The notes: a model not told the origin generated them from the letters alone. DNA of 63,382 bases, filler included, from Octopus bimaculoides (GCF_001194135.2; 7 parts of 7 records of this genome joined end to end with filler, not necessarily neighbours in it); one strand, 5' to 3'. Positions 38,833-53,136 are shown, counted from the whole stretch's first letter. Numbers and translations are program-made.

Positions 38833-40222
38833 ACTCTAATAATGCCATGACCCGTTCGCTTTCCAGTATAGTCTCATGTACTTATTTCTCTTTTTGTTGT
38901 TGTTCAATAGAATTCAAAGCCCCGTCCGGGCCGATCTTATGACTCCACCTTTATCCGTTTCATGTACATCCCTCCGGAGTTACCAGTGATTGTGAATATT
39001 TTCCTAGTTCTGATGTCTGTTTGTGTGCGCTTCTGTGCCCCCGCCGTTCCCACCTTATGAGGGTGGTGTGCAAGTTTGTATGTATGGCTATTTGTGTGAG
39101 CGTAGATGTTTGTGAATGTACCTGAATGCATTTGCTTGCATATCTAGACACGCACACACATGACAAGCAAACGTTTACACAAGAGAAGCAGTCGTTTTGC
39201 TTTGTTTGTTTTTAGTCAATATCACTAGATTCCTACAACGCTCTTATCTTCACGTCGGTCATAGTAAACAAACAAAACACTCGAATAATACACAGCAGCC
39301 AAATAATAGCATAAAAATAGTGACTCCTTTCTTTCTTCTAGGTCAAACAATCCAGTTCGTTCTAAATTAACACTTTCCTACTCCTACTCCTCATGCCAAC
39401 TTTTTGTTGTTGTTGTTGTTTTCGTCCTCTCCTGATATCTCTTTGTTCGCGTTCTCTGTGTTGTTGTTTGATACCAGTTCAACCACGATAATGATCTCGA
39501 GCAGACAGACCAATTCTATTGATAAAAAAAAACATTCCATCCAAGAACATCCTGTCTTTCATTCAAAACCTCCTAAAACGAGTATGAGACGTTTCGGCGC
39601 AGCCGTTTTGGCGTTACCCATTTCTAATATCTCCTATTCATCGCTGACTTATTTATTTGACGTTTTAATGATTCATGCGTTCTTTCTCCCTCGTGTATCT
39701 CTCTTCGTTTATGTGTGTGAGTATATTTCTCTTCGAGTTCAGTTAATACACTGTAACATCTCTGTCTCTCTCTCTCACCTCTTTCTTTCACTTACTCTGT
39801 TTACAAATGTGAGCATATTTCTAATTTATGTTTGAGGAGAGAGAAAATGTTTATGTGAATCATGTCCAATTAATAAACTTTAATCTCTCTTTCTCTCTCT
39901 CACTCTCTCCTAACCTCTCTTTCTGTCTACATTTATCTATACGTATGTGCATATTTCTCCGCACGCATTTGTTTGCATGCATATATTTGGATGTTTTTGT
40001 GTATGTCTATATGGATGTAGGTTTATGCTATGCGTGTGTGTGTGACTGAACTGTTGTATCCACTGTGTTGGGTAGGGGACAATATGGATGGTGAGCTGAA
40101 GATATGAGTATGTGGGCGATATAACTTACGCGAACACGCTCGCATCTTTGTTCCATAATCTATCTTCCACTGACCAACCAATCTATATATATACATTCAC
40201 ACACGAATACATACATATATAT

Positions 40223-40320
<98 letters not shown>

Positions 40321-41193
40321 ATATATATATATATATATGTATATGTATATCAAACGTAAATTGAAAACAGAACACGAAGGATATCGCGGTACACGTATCC
40401 TTTGTGTTCTGTTTTCAATTTACGCTTGATATATTCTTTCACTTCTGCCACTATCTGGCATATATAGGTTCTGGAAACGGCCGTAGATAGCAGGCTTCCT
40501 CGAACTGCATTATATACCGTATATACCATTTATATACTAAAAAAAAAAAGACATCGACTTCTATGGATCTTTTTAACTGAAACTCTTTACTACTCTTAAC
40601 AAATACATTTCTTTATCAGTTCTCTTTTAATCACACTTCGAAGCTTAACTTCCTACACCTTGATCCTTGGACCTTACCTTTACACACACATACGCACGCT
40701 CACATACATATACAGATACATATACAGATACATATATAACGTGTGTGTGTGTGTGTGTGCGTGTATACTAACCCATACATATATATGTGTGTGTATGTGT
40801 AAGTGTATGTGAATGTGCTGTGACGATACCATTTTGTTTTTGTCTCCAGGGTCAATGAGTGCAGACAACGTACTTCACTCACAGGTCTTTCCAGGTCAAC
40901 ATTTTTCAGGTGGACACATTTTTCTTTATCTTTACCACAACAACAACAACAAACAAACACTGTTATAACCACCATCGATAATTCTCAACCGCACAACGTC
41001 TACCACTGCTGCTGCTACTGTTGCTATGATCACTTCAGAATTGATTTGAAAGCAACAATTAACCCTAACTACAAGAATGGAGTTGGGTCATGATAACATT
41101 CGTGTGGTGGGGGGTGAGGGGTTCGAGTGTACTAAGCCGGTCGGTCGGGTAGGCGGTACTGGTGTATATGGGTATTTGTGTGCCTTTGCCTGG

Positions 41194-41228
<35 letters not shown>

Positions 41229-41665
41229 NNNNNNNNNNNNNNNNNNNNNNNNNNNNNNNNNNNNNNNNNNNNNNNNNNNNNNNNNNNNNNNNNNNNNNNN
41301 NNNNNNNNNNNNNNNNNNNNNNNNNNNNNNNNNNNNNNNNNNNNNNNNNNNNNNNNNNNNNNNNNNNNNNNNNNNNNNNNNNNNNNNNNNNNNNNNNNNN
41401 NNNNNNNNNNNNNNNNNNNNNNNNNNNNNNNNNNNNNNNNNNNNNNNNNNNNNNNNNNNNNNNNNNNNNNNNNNNNNNNNNNNNNNNNNNNNNNNNNNNN
41501 NNNNNNNNNNNNNNNNNNNNNNNNNNNNNNNNNNNNNNNNNNNNNNNNNNNNNNNNNNNNNNNNNNNNNNNNNNNNNNNNNNNNNNNNNNNNNNNNNNNN
41601 NNNNNNNNNNNNNNNNNNNNNNNNNNNNNATACATACATATATACATACATATATACATACATAT

Positions 41666-41711
<46 letters not shown>

Positions 41712-42087
41712 GAAACCTATGGAGTACGTACGTGTCGGTTATATTTGTAATGGACGAATTTATACAATTAGTTGGTGAGAATTTTAACAATAACATCCAA
41801 ACTTCTATAAACTTGTGATGAATTACTCCGTTATTTTTCATTTTATGAAGTAGTTAGAATCCTGCTGGTAGTGGGGAGGGGTTACTTTTGCTGTTCAGTC
41901 CCCTCATCTAATTGGTCATCTATTGTTTTAAAATGTCTTGGCTTAGTAACGGTCGGACAACCATTAACCGGTCAAATGAGTTAGGCATGAATATATATAT
42001 ACATGTCCACATACATTCCTATATATACGTACACATATACGCACACACACATATACATACATATACGAACACACATACATACATACA

Positions 42088-42222
42088 TAGTGGTTCGGCA
42101 AAAGGGGTCGATAGAATAAGTACTAGGCTTACAAAGAATAATTCGTGGGGTCGATTTGTTCGACTAAAGGCGGTGCTCCAGCAAGGCCGCAGTCAAATGG
42201 CTGAAACAAGTAAAAGAGTAAA
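42088..42222 (+). mobile_element. SINE family B 3' end
   Basis: GGTTCGGCAAAA..GATAGAATAAGTACTAGGCTTACAAAG..GAAACAAGTAAAAGAGT. Confidence 0.85.
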
Positions 42223-42266
42223 AATATATATATATATATTTGGATTAGACATTATTTGAATTACAC

Positions 42267-42572
42267 CAGAGGTTCTCAAACTTTTTGGGCAACTGGCCCC
42301 TTCATGGCCACATAAGATCCCCAGCGCCCCACACCTATTTTTATGTATAAATAAATATTTTATATTTTTCTAATTTATATATACATTATGAATCATTTGA
42401 TAGTTAATATAATATAATTTGTAGACAACACTATAGTAATATTCTAATAAATTCATAGCGTCCCCCAATCCACTGCCTTCCTCCCAACGCCTCCTTTTTC
42501 TCTACCGGGCCCCCCCCCCCGCTTTAGGCACCAGCGGGGTGGGGGCGGTAGCGCACACTTGGAGAACTCATG
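42267..42572. mobile_element. hAT MITE
   Basis: 8-bp TSD AATTACAC at 42259-42266 and 42573-42580. Imperfect TIRs CAGAGGTTCTCAAA / TTGGAGAACTCATG. Confidence 0.85.
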
Positions 42573-42722
42573 AATTACACATCCGTGTGTATGTATGTAT
42601 ATATAAGGTATAAAATAAAACATGGGTGGTTGTAAGGCATCAAATCATTTGTAACGAAGCAAAGTCTATAAAAATATATAAACTGAAGATGAAGGAACGA
42701 AAGTTCACAGTGATTACATATA

Positions 42723-43059
42723 TCTATATATATAAAAATGAGAATGTGTCTGTCTGTCTGTCTGTCTGTCTGTGTGAATCCCTAAAACTCGAGAACTACG
42801 CAACCAATTTCATTCAAATTTTACACATGCCTTACTTAGGGTTCCAGTTGTGTTTTAGTCAAAAAAAATTATTAACTTCTTGCAGAGTTCGAGCACACGG
42901 CAACATAATATCTCCTCCACTATTTAAGTATTACGTGTCAAAAGTGAAACAAAAACACTCATGTCAAATACTTTCACTTTAAAAATGAAACTATTCCATT
43001 AACTGAAACAATCACATTTCGATACTCTAGTGACAGATACTTTCACAGAGAGAGAAGGA
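42723..43059 (+). mobile_element. Non-autonomous Helitron-like element, 5' part, cut by a linker
   Basis: A|TC 5' terminus TCTATATATATAAAA, a (TCTG)n microsatellite, and CAACCAATTTCATTCAAATTTTACACA typical of Helitron-N 5' ends. Confidence 0.65.
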
Positions 43060-43231
43060 NNNNNNNNNNNNNNNNNNNNNNNNNNNNNNNNNNNNNNNNN
43101 NNNTTAATTAATTAANNNNNNNNNNNNNNNNNNNNNNNNNNNNNNNNNNNNNNNNNNNNATATATATCATACAGCCTTTTAAAGAAAGATACCTTCTTTT
43201 TTCGTTCAAACCTTAAATATTAAATGCTAAA

Positions 43232-43449
43232 AATGCGGTGAGCCTGGCAAAAACGCTAGCACGCCGAGCTAAATGCTTAGCGGTATTTCGTCTGTCTTTA
43301 TGTTCTGAGTTCAAATTCCGACGAGGTCGACTTTGCCCTTCATTCTTTCGGGTCTGATAAATTAAGTACCAGTTGCATTCTTGACTCGATCTAATCGACT
43401 CGCTCCCTCACTACAAATTTCGTACCTTATGCCTAGAGTAGAAAAGAAT
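43232..43449 (+). mobile_element. SINE family A
   Basis: GTTCTGAGTTCAAATTCCGACGAGGTCGACTTTGCC..GATAAATTAAGTACCAG. Confidence 0.9.
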
Positions 43450-43734
43450 AGTAAATGTTAAGAACCTGGGCTATACATGTACTGTAAAATTTATTGATAA
43501 ACTATTTGTATTTTTGCCAAGGTTTTGTAAGTATCTGCTTCTGTCGGTTTAATGTGTTGTTCTACTGATGTATGGAAGAACAATGGTGATAGATAAGAGA
43601 GAATGTTGAGAAAACGGGACAGGGTCATTGAATGGGAAAGGAATAGATAGACAGAGATAAATACATACAGTATAATCCTGTGAAATAGAGGTACATAGAT
43701 AGAATGATACGTATGTATATCTAAATGTGTGGTG

Positions 43735-43769
<35 letters not shown>

Positions 43770-46189
43770 NNNNNNNNNNACAGAAAGAGTGTGAGAGAGA
43801 GAGAGAAAAAGAAAGAGAAAATGAGGAAGTGACAGGTATAGTATTCTTAGATATGGTTGTTTCCTTAACTGTTCTATAATACACATGTTATAAAATTACA
43901 AAATGATTGACGGAGAGAACTTAGCTTTATGTTTGTGTATTCATCAGTTCCAATAATCTGACACATAAATATACATGTATACCTAGCTCTTTTTCAAAGC
44001 CTTGTTTAAAATACATATATTTACATATATGCACGCACGCACACACACACACACACACACACGTACACACACGCGCGCACGCACGCGCATGCACATACAC
44101 ACAAGTCTACATAAGCATTACGCAAGTAAAAATCTGCGTGCACAGCTTGTTTATATGTTATGTATGCATAAACGTGGTTTTATATATATGTGTATATATG
44201 TGTGAACATCTATGTCTACGCGCGTGTGTGTGTGTGTATGTGTGCGTGTATGCGTGTGTGTGTGTCTGTGTCTATGTTCATATGAAATTATGTATACAAT
44301 ACATTTATAATCTTAATCCTTTCGTAATCACAATACCCCATAGAACCAGTATCAGATTTTACCATTTTGTTTTCTCTGAATTAAGAGGATTAGGGAATAA
44401 TCTTCTCCTGGCTAAGATATTAGTCTATAGCAAGTAATTTTCCCCATGAGACATGCTATCTGCTCTCCAGTTATATAACTTTTGTCGATTCACAATCCAC
44501 ATTCTCTAGTATACAACTGAAAACTTTATGTGACTGTAAGCGCCAGGAGACTTTATTATTCAGATATTTCCTTTCTAGTATATAAAAAATATTTATAGTT
44601 ATTATTTGGTGCATTTATTCTTTCATTGGTTTCAGTCCTTTATAGCTTCGAGTTACTCTACTTTGTGGCTTTGCTACAGTTTGTCTGCAATTGGATTAAA
44701 TCGAACATATCGACCCTAGGAATTTCTATGCTTATATTCCGAATCATTATTCATGAAGCGGCAATACCTTCTTGGCTTAAGTTTCTACCTAGGAATAAAC
44801 ACTGTAAGCTGATATTTTGTTCAACACATCAATAACCCAGATATTCCTTTCTGAATTCACTTCATATTTGATTAATTAATATAGGGCAATCTTCTCTTTC
44901 AAACTTATGATATTGAAGATAAAATTGAATCCCATTTTATTAAAATATTCATTCACAAGGCATTAGACAAAGCGAAGATGTTGTATAAGTGTTTAGACCA
45001 GATGTCATACTATGAGAACCACCCAAAATTTTAAACAACACCACTACATCTGCTATTATATAGCGATGCTCTTAGTGCGGATCAGTATTTCTATTGGAAT
45101 AAAATAAATTGTTGAGTTGGCAGAATCGGTAAAATGCCGAATGAAATGTTTAGCTGTAGTTAGCGACCTCTTTTAATGCTTCGAGTTTAAATCACACCAA
45201 AATTGACTTTGCTTTTCGTCCTAACATATTCAATAATACAAAGACTAGTCAAGTATTGAGGTCGATATAATCAACTGCCGGCCAATCCCCTTTTGTGAGT
45301 GTTGTGACCACGCCATAAATCAATATACCTCATTGATCCGTTCCCACAAAATATGTGGTCTTTCGTTAAATTAGAAATCCATAATGTTGTAATTAGATGT
45401 TTATGTTTCAGGAAGAAGAAACCAATATATATTTGCCGTTCAATAAGACGTTGGCTCTCAGTAACTTAAATTCGTTGCACGGTTTCGCCTATTGATTCAT
45501 GCTACTGTTTTTCTAATTACGCTGCTATGTCACAATTTAGTCAACCCTGAATTAAATTTGTAACGTGTAAACAGCATGGAAGGCCCGCCAACAGAAGGAG
45601 TTTTTTTCTGTCCGTCGATGGCAGACTTAACCCTCACCTAATTTAATAGCACCACATCGTTATTAGGAGCCTTGAGCGGAGTTCATTAGATTGCAAGCGT
45701 TCGGACAAAGAATCTGGTTTGAGAATAACTCCATGGGTCCTCCGCCATCAGTGTGTGTGCGTATGAGGCTGTTTGGCATAGCTTAATATGTAGAAAGTAC
45801 CCTCATAAAATTTCCTATTCCACTGTGATGTGTATTCTTAATTGTTCAAGAAATCATTTGAAGCGTTGATCTCGCGGGGTCATATTTCTTAATAATTAGC
45901 ATTCCACTATCTTGAAATGGAACGTCTATGAATAGAAGACATCTAACAAGTACTATATTGTATACACAGATACAATTATTGATTTGATTGTTCGATACAT
46001 TGGAAGATAGATAATTAAATTGATTGATAGATGTGTGTGTAGGTATGTGTGAAATGAGAGGAAAAAATATATATTTAGACACACACACACACTCACATGA
46101 CAAAACGAATGCGCAGACGCGTTTTGTTGAGATAACGACAGAAAACAGTCAGTGATATCTCGAGTCATTTTATGTATGTATGTACATGC

Positions 46190-46230
<41 letters not shown>

Positions 46231-46574
46231 CACACACGTGTGTGTGTATATATAAACATTTTTATATGGATATTTTTATAGACATGACTATACACTTATG
46301 TGTGTGCGAACATATANNNNNNNNNNNNNNNNNNNNNNNNNNNNNNNNNNNNNNNNNNNNNNNNNNNNNNNNNNNNNNNNNNNNNNNNNNNNNNNNNNNN
46401 NNNNNNNNNNNNNNNNNNNNNNNNNNNNNNNNNNNNNNNNNNNNNNNNNNNNNNNNNNNNNNNNNNNNNNNNNNNNNNNNNNNNNNNNNNNNNNNTATAT
46501 ATATCTATATCTGTATATGTGTGTGTGTGTGTGTGTTTGTGTGTATGTGTATGCATATATGTATATACTGTATA

Positions 46575-46609
<35 letters not shown>

Positions 46610-47046
46610 TTGAAAAATTTAACATACACATAGCGATAGTTGTGCTTGTATCTAGAAAGCTGCAGGGTATCTGTGCACAGTGTGAAGTTAACATTTCTGA
46701 ATCTATACACAACTCACGAATTCGTGACTATTATGTAATAATGCAAACAGTATCATGGATTTCTAGATCAGTTCATTAATAATAACACTGCAGAAGCTAA
46801 ATTATTTATTCAACAGGTCTTTTATATATGCCTATGATTAAAAAAATGTCAATGCTGCTGGGTTGATGTTTTGTAAAACAACCTATAGCGAAAATATGAT
46901 GAATATTGTCAAATAAATACGGAGAAAGCAATGAAGGAAAGGAAAATTCATATTAGAGAAATGCAAAAGGCACACTCATAGGTATGTGTGTGCATGTGTA
47001 TGTGCAGTGCTCGTGTTTGTGCATAAAACTGAGAGTGTGTGCATGC

Positions 47047-47077
<31 letters not shown>

Positions 47078-47087
47078 TCTACCTACC

Positions 47088-47369
47088 TACATACCTATTC
47101 CCGACCCTACCATCACCAAACTGGAGCGCATCCTCTTCCGCTTCTTGTGGAAAGGAAGCGTTCCGATGGTTAGGCGATCCGTTTGCTGCCAACACCCGTT
47201 AAAAGGAGGACTGGGCATGCCGTGGTTGATGATGCGCAGACACGCGCTGAGACTGCGACATCTCCGGCTCTACGTAGACAGCGGTGAACAGGTGTGGTCA
47301 CCGTTTGTGCGGCGCGCTTTCCCGCAGCTCGTCTCCATGACCGAACTGCAGTCATGGATCAAGAAGAGG
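47088..47369 (+). mobile_element. Tx1/L1-clade LINE ORF2 fragment, young, cut by an assembly linker
   Basis: Open frame ITKLERILFRFLWKGSVPMVRRSVCCQHPLKGGLGMP (FLW..G ... P..GGLG post-RT motif). GC-rich with CpGs intact. Confidence 0.85.
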
Positions 47370-47629
47370 NNNNNNNNNNNNNNNNNNNNNNNNNNNNNNN
47401 NNNNNNNNNNNNNTTAATTAATTAANNNNNNNNNNNNNNNNNNNNNNNNNNNNNNNNNNNNNNNNNNNNTATATATATATATATGCACGAACATACAGGT
47501 ATACCTTCTTCGTCACCTTTGATCAGCATTTTTATAATTTTGTCGATATTATTACAACATATTATTAAGACTATTCAGGTTACATATACAAAACTGCTCC
47601 TTTATTCAAGCAATAAAAACGTACGTACA

Positions 47630-47683
<54 letters not shown>

Positions 47684-48434
47684 ATACAAAGATAGACACA
47701 TACATACATACATACATACATACATACAACCGTATACACACTTCTTATCCAGTCAACACCAACACACTTTGTAAAGTCTAGTAAATATTCACGTGCTGTG
47801 TTTAACCTGTAGCATCAACATAGAGAATCTTTGATTATCTAATCAATATGGACAGTTAATGAGGTTTCAATCAACAACTTTACGATCTCTCGAACAAAAT
47901 ATAACACACTCTCGAGAACTCAGTAGGTATTAAACCACTTTTATCAATACGGTCAATTATCTCCCTTTATTTCTTTGATTTGCAAAAGTACATACATTCA
48001 TTTATACAAGTTTATGTCTGTTAGCAATTTCTGAGAAGTGACATATAATTTCTTAATAGTGTTGTCAGTGTGTTTCTTTGTTTAAATGCAAATCTACATA
48101 CATATATTTATACAAGTTTGCGTTTGCAGGTAACATCTGAGATTGTCACTTGTATTGTGTCTTGACAGTTACCACGGAGCTTGACGCAATCGTAGTTAAA
48201 GCAACCAACATGTTTTGATGATTTTACATACACACTTTCATATATCTGATATTAACTAAAGCATCTTACTCGATCCTCACGATAGCTGGACCTGCGTGAC
48301 TGAGCTGAGGTAAATATTAAAATACCATGTTACCACTCTAAAACAAAGATTACTTATATGTCTGCTTGAACTGAACTAACCGAGAGTCACATCGCAACGC
48401 TAACAGCTAATCGAATCAGCTAAAAAAAATAAAT

Positions 48435-48681
48435 GTGCCCTTTTAAAGCCTAGCCAGGCTCATGGGCCCGGTTTCCCGGTTTCAATGGCATATGTGTTCC
48501 CCAGCTGGACAGGACGCCAGTCCATCGCAGCGTTACTCATTTTTGCCAGCTGAGTGGACTGGAGCAACGTAAAATGAAGTGTTTTGTTCAAGAACACAAC
48601 GCATCGCCTGGTTCAGGAACCGAAACCACAATCTTACGATTATGATGCTGACACCCTAACCACTAAGCCACGCGCCTCCAC
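48435..48681 (-). mobile_element. tRNA-derived SINE family C (CORE/V-like domains)
   Basis: Minus head GTGGAGGCGCGTGGCTTAGTGGTTAGGG and GATGGACTGGCGTCCTGTCCAG. Related copies at 49586-49840, 49478-49540 (head only) and ~21003-21165. Confidence 0.85.
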
Positions 48682-49049
48682 AGTCGAAACAGTTACGTAA
48701 ACATAATTAGTATTATAATTAACAGCAGATATATAATTTTAAGAGAGTGACCAATGGAGAGGGACCAGGGAATGGGAGCCAAGTGTCCCCTTAGTCATCT
48801 CGTACAACGTATCCATAAAAAAGACTGATAGGTTGAGCAATGTTATCTCTGATGTGCAAAAAGACGTCATGATTACGGTTAAGAAGTCTTTGTTCATAGA
48901 TCTGCTGTACTATGAATAGAATTATTCGAGGAGAAATCTAAATAATGGCTGAATTGAATTTCTGTAAAAGCAAGGGAACATTTAACAAACAAACGGTGAG
49001 CAATGTTTAGTCAGCCAATGTTGAGAGGGTTTTAATTGAAACAATATTA

Positions 49050-49430
49050 AGACGTCTGCTGAGACAAGGATGAGAGATCCATTACGGACTCAACGAGAGA
49101 GTTTCACCCGAGTTCTCTACAGAATCAGTATGAGAACCTCTACTAAGAGAGCAAGGTTGCTAAGGAACCAAAGTGGGCGTCTCTGCTGAACCGATGAAAG
49201 AGTTTCGATTAAGTCAAAGACAAGAAAGGGCTCCCACAGAACCAAGATGAGGAAGACTGCTGAGCTAACGAGGCAGTCTCTACTGAACCAAATAAGGAGT
49301 CTTTCTTGAACTAATAAGAGTATCTCTATTGAATCAATGACGAAGCTCTGTTGTATCAATGTGGGACATTTCTTGTGAACACCTAGGGAGTCTCTAGTGG
49401 GTCAATGACAGAGCTTCTAGATTGTCACTG
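49050..49430. repeat. Degenerate ~22-23 bp minisatellite
   Basis: Units such as GTCTCTGCTGAACCGATGAAAGA, GTCTCTACTGAACCAAATAAGGA, GTCTTTCTTGAACTAATAAGA, GTCTCTAGTGGGTCAATGACAGA. Confidence 0.65.
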
Positions 49431-49585
49431 GATCAACTGGATGTAGCATCTATATCTCCATCAAACCGCACTAAACGCTCGAAACCACAATCCAACGATC
49501 GTTAGTGTAATGCCCTAACCACTAAGCTACGCGCCTACACATCTTTGTACATAGGTGTATTGGATTAGGGCTGACTCATATTATT

Positions 49586-49840
49586 GCCTTTGAGTCCTAT
49601 GATTCATACGACCGGTTACCCGGTTTCTATGGTGTATAAGCGACCAATATCAAAACATTCCACCCTGAACGGGATGCGAGTCAGTTGCAAGATTAATCAT
49701 TTTGCCAGTTGAGTGCACTAGAGCAACGTGAAATGAAGTACCTTGCTCAAGAACAAAATGCACCGCCCGGTCCAGGAATCGAAATCACAATCTTGCAATC
49801 GTGAGAGCAACACCCTAACCACTAGGCCACGCGCATTCAC
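49586..49840 (-). mobile_element. SINE family C
   Basis: GAGCAACGTGAAATGAAGTACCTTGCTCAAG..CACCCTAACCACTAGGCCACGCGC. Confidence 0.85.
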
Positions 49841-50465
49841 GAGGACTGACTAGGAAATAAACTTTCATCACCCAAAACGACAGCAACAACAGCAGCTACA
49901 ACATTCTTTAAAAAATGCCATTTTCACACGAGACATTTTAAGAATCCTGGGCCCAATCAGCTCAAAGCGATACACCTACCGTTGGTTACTCATCCCTATG
50001 ATCCACGATTGTGACCTTATAAAGTCACCCTGAAGTTCACAAATTTATTCAATACTCATTTCACAATGGATATTAATGCATTAACCTTATTTTACAGCAT
50101 ATTGAGTGGTTAATGCGATCGTCTCGAGAATAGAGAGAAAGCCGACCAGTTTGATGTTTTCAGCGATCGAACATTAACGAATGCTCAACTGAAATGCAAG
50201 TATCTAATTTATGGAATACGAATGAACTATTGTATTTTGCTACATTTACCACTCAGCAACAATTAGTTATAGCGAAGAATAATCGATCGGTGGAAATCAT
50301 TCAAAAGAACCCTTACTACTGTCATCGACACCACATGCTACTTATTAACCACTACCACCGCCACCACCACCACTACTACTACTGCCACCACCGCCACCGT
50401 CATCAATCGTACTACCATTACACCTCCAATATCATCACCAACACAACAAACAACCAACTGCTTTT

Positions 50466-50508
<43 letters not shown>

Positions 50509-50907
50509 CCACCACCATCATCACCACCATCATCATAACAGCTATCCTTTTCTGAAAAGTCAGTCATAAAGTGCTATTAGCTGTTAAAAGAACGATGGGT
50601 GGGTTTATAATGGTATGATGGCGGTGGATGGGGTGGATGGAGGTGGTGGTGATGATGTTGGTGGTATAATGGGGTGTAACTAAACTATCCACAAAGCAAG
50701 TCCGTAGATCTGGTTTCAGTTCCAAGTTGTGTCTATTTCAGTTCCTGTATGTAAGTTTTGAAGGGCAAAAACATGTTCAAATATGAGCCTTTATTACAAA
50801 GTCACTATCTCACATGTCATAATCCCTAGAATTTTCAAATCCCATTTCAAATGTCTGACTTGTTTCATATTTTTGAATTCCATTTCACTACGGCATTTCA
50901 CATTTTA

Positions 50908-51109
50908 TACTCTTTTACTTGTTTCAGTCATTTGACTGTGGCCATGCTGGAGCACCGCCTTTAGTCGAGCAAATCGACCCTAGGACTTATTCTTTGCAAG
51001 CCTAGTACTTACTCTATCGGTCTCTTTTGCCGAACCGCTAAGTTACGGGGACGTAAATACACCAGCATCGGTTGTCAAGCGATGTTGGGGGCACAAACAG
51101 AGACACACA

Positions 51110-51152
<43 letters not shown>

Positions 51153-51302
51153 GACAGGCTTCTTTCAGTTTCCGTCTACCAAATCCACTCACAAGGCTTT
51201 GGTCGGCCCGAGGCTATAGTAGAAGACACTTGCCCAAGGTGTCATGCAGTGGGACTGAACCCGGAACCATGTGGTTCGTAAGCAAGCTACTTACTACACA
51301 GG
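50908..51302 (-). mobile_element. SINE family B, near full length
   Basis: Reverse complement of the 11692-12087 element. Confidence 0.9.
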
Positions 51303-51337
51303 CTAGCAAGCTGTCATATTATGCCAACTGTCCTCAA

Positions 51338-51410
51338 CGGTAGCGTTCCACTACTTCTTTAGTATCACGGATCAGTTTCACGCAAGACAATTTTTCCACG
51401 GATCGAGGAA
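51338..51410 (+). mobile_element. hAT-Charlie (MER1-like) terminal fragment
   Basis: GTTTCACGCAAGACAATTTTTCCACGGA resembles Charlie-type subterminal sequence. Recognition from memory. Confidence 0.4.
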
Positions 51411-51440
51411 TCACGCGCTTTTATTATTGTTACAGTTTAT

Positions 51441-51652
51441 AAGGCGGCGAGATGGCAGAATCGTTAGCACGCCAGGCAAATGCTTTGCGGCATTTCGTCC
51501 GCCTTTACGCTCTGGGCTCAAATTCCGCCGAGGTCGACTTTGTCTTTCATCCTTTCGGGGTCAATAAAATAATTACCAGTTGAGCACTGTGGTTGATTAT
51601 AATCCACTTACCCCGACCCCGAAATTGCTGGTCTTGTGCCAAAATTTGAAAT
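51441..51652 (+). mobile_element. SINE family A
   Basis: AAGGCGGCGAGATGGCAGAATCGTTAGCACGCC..TCAAATTCCGCCGAGGTCGACTTTG. Confidence 0.9.
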
Positions 51653-51809
51653 CCTTATTTTGTACTGTTAGCTGGCCTGACCAACAGGGTAAGAACCCTC
51701 TCCTTTTATTTTCAAAGGCGCATGCTCAAATTGGGTCCTTTTATACTGACCATTTTCCAACATTCACTCACGTTTCTACAAACTTGCTACAAGACAACAC
51801 TTTCCCTCC

Positions 51810-52130
51810 TGAAAAAGTTTATGAGGGCTTAGCCAAAAAAAAGAAAAAATACAATCTCCTAAAATTTGAAATAGGAAGAATTTGGAGCATGCGAACAATA
51901 AAGGTCGTGTCTATAACAATTGGTGGGCTGAGGAAAATTGAAATAGAATGCCCGGTAGATCTCCTACAGAAAGTTTTTCTCTTTGAGACAGCAAGGATTA
52001 TCAGGAGAGTTCTAAGCACTTGAAAGATTACCTAGATTAATCTCAATGGCATAAAATGTGTTAAGATGCATCCAAACAATTTGAGTTGAAGAAACAGTAC
52101 AACGGCAACAGTAACAACAGCAACAACAAC

Positions 52131-52225
<95 letters not shown>

Positions 52226-52235
52226 TAATAATAAC
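51810..52235 (+). mobile_element. R4/Dong-clade LINE 3' end with (GAT)n(AAT)n tail
   Basis: KKKYNLLKFEIGRIWSMRTIKVVSITIGGL...LQKVFLFETARIIRRVLST*, matching the C-terminus of the restriction-like endonuclease. Confidence 0.8.
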
Positions 52236-52351
52236 AGAAAATTGGAATTAATTACAGAGTTATTTTCATTCCCACGGCTGGTATTCAACTTTTGCAAATT
52301 TCACATAGTTGCCATCCATATGAGTGCTTTTCAGGGTAAACACCTGGATAA

Positions 52352-52404
<53 letters not shown>

Positions 52405-52464
52405 CAGAGAGACAGACAGATAGATAGCTAGGTAGATAGATATGCATATGTATACATACATAGA

Positions 52465-52521
<57 letters not shown>

Positions 52522-53084
52522 NNNNNNNNNNNNNNNNNNNNNNNNNNNNNNNNNNNNNNNNNNNNNNNNNNNNNNNNNNNNNNNNNNNNNNNNNNNNNNN
52601 NNNNNNNNNNNNNNNNNNNNNNNNNNNNNNNNNNNNNNNNNNNNNNNNNNNNNNNNNNNNNNNNNNNNNNNNNNNNNNNNNNNNNNNNNNNNNNNNNNNN
52701 NNNNNNNNNNNNNNNNNNNNNNNNNNNNNNNNNNNNNNNNNNNNNNNNNNNNNNNNNNNNNNNNNNNNNNNNNNNNNNNNNNNNNNNNNNNNNNNNNNNN
52801 NNNNNNNNNNNNNNNNNNNNNNNNNNNNNNNNNNNNNNNNNNNNNNNNNNNNNNNNNNNNNNNNNNNNNNNNNNNNNNNNNNNNNNNNNNNNNNNNNNNN
52901 NNNNNNNNNNNNNNNNNNNNNNNNNNNNNNNNNNNNNNNNNNNNNNNNNNNNNNNNNNNNNNNNNNNNNNNNNNNNNNNNNNNNNNNNNNNNNNNNNNNN
53001 NNNNNNNNNNNNNNNNNNNNNNNNNNNNNNNNNNNNNGTCCTGGTAATACTGGAATACTTGTTATTCCCTAAGTTTTTTTAAAA

Positions 53085-53136
<52 letters not shown>

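Noticed and set aside
49050-49430. CRISPR-like array
   Set aside because: Degenerate tandem units without unique spacers, in eukaryotic DNA.
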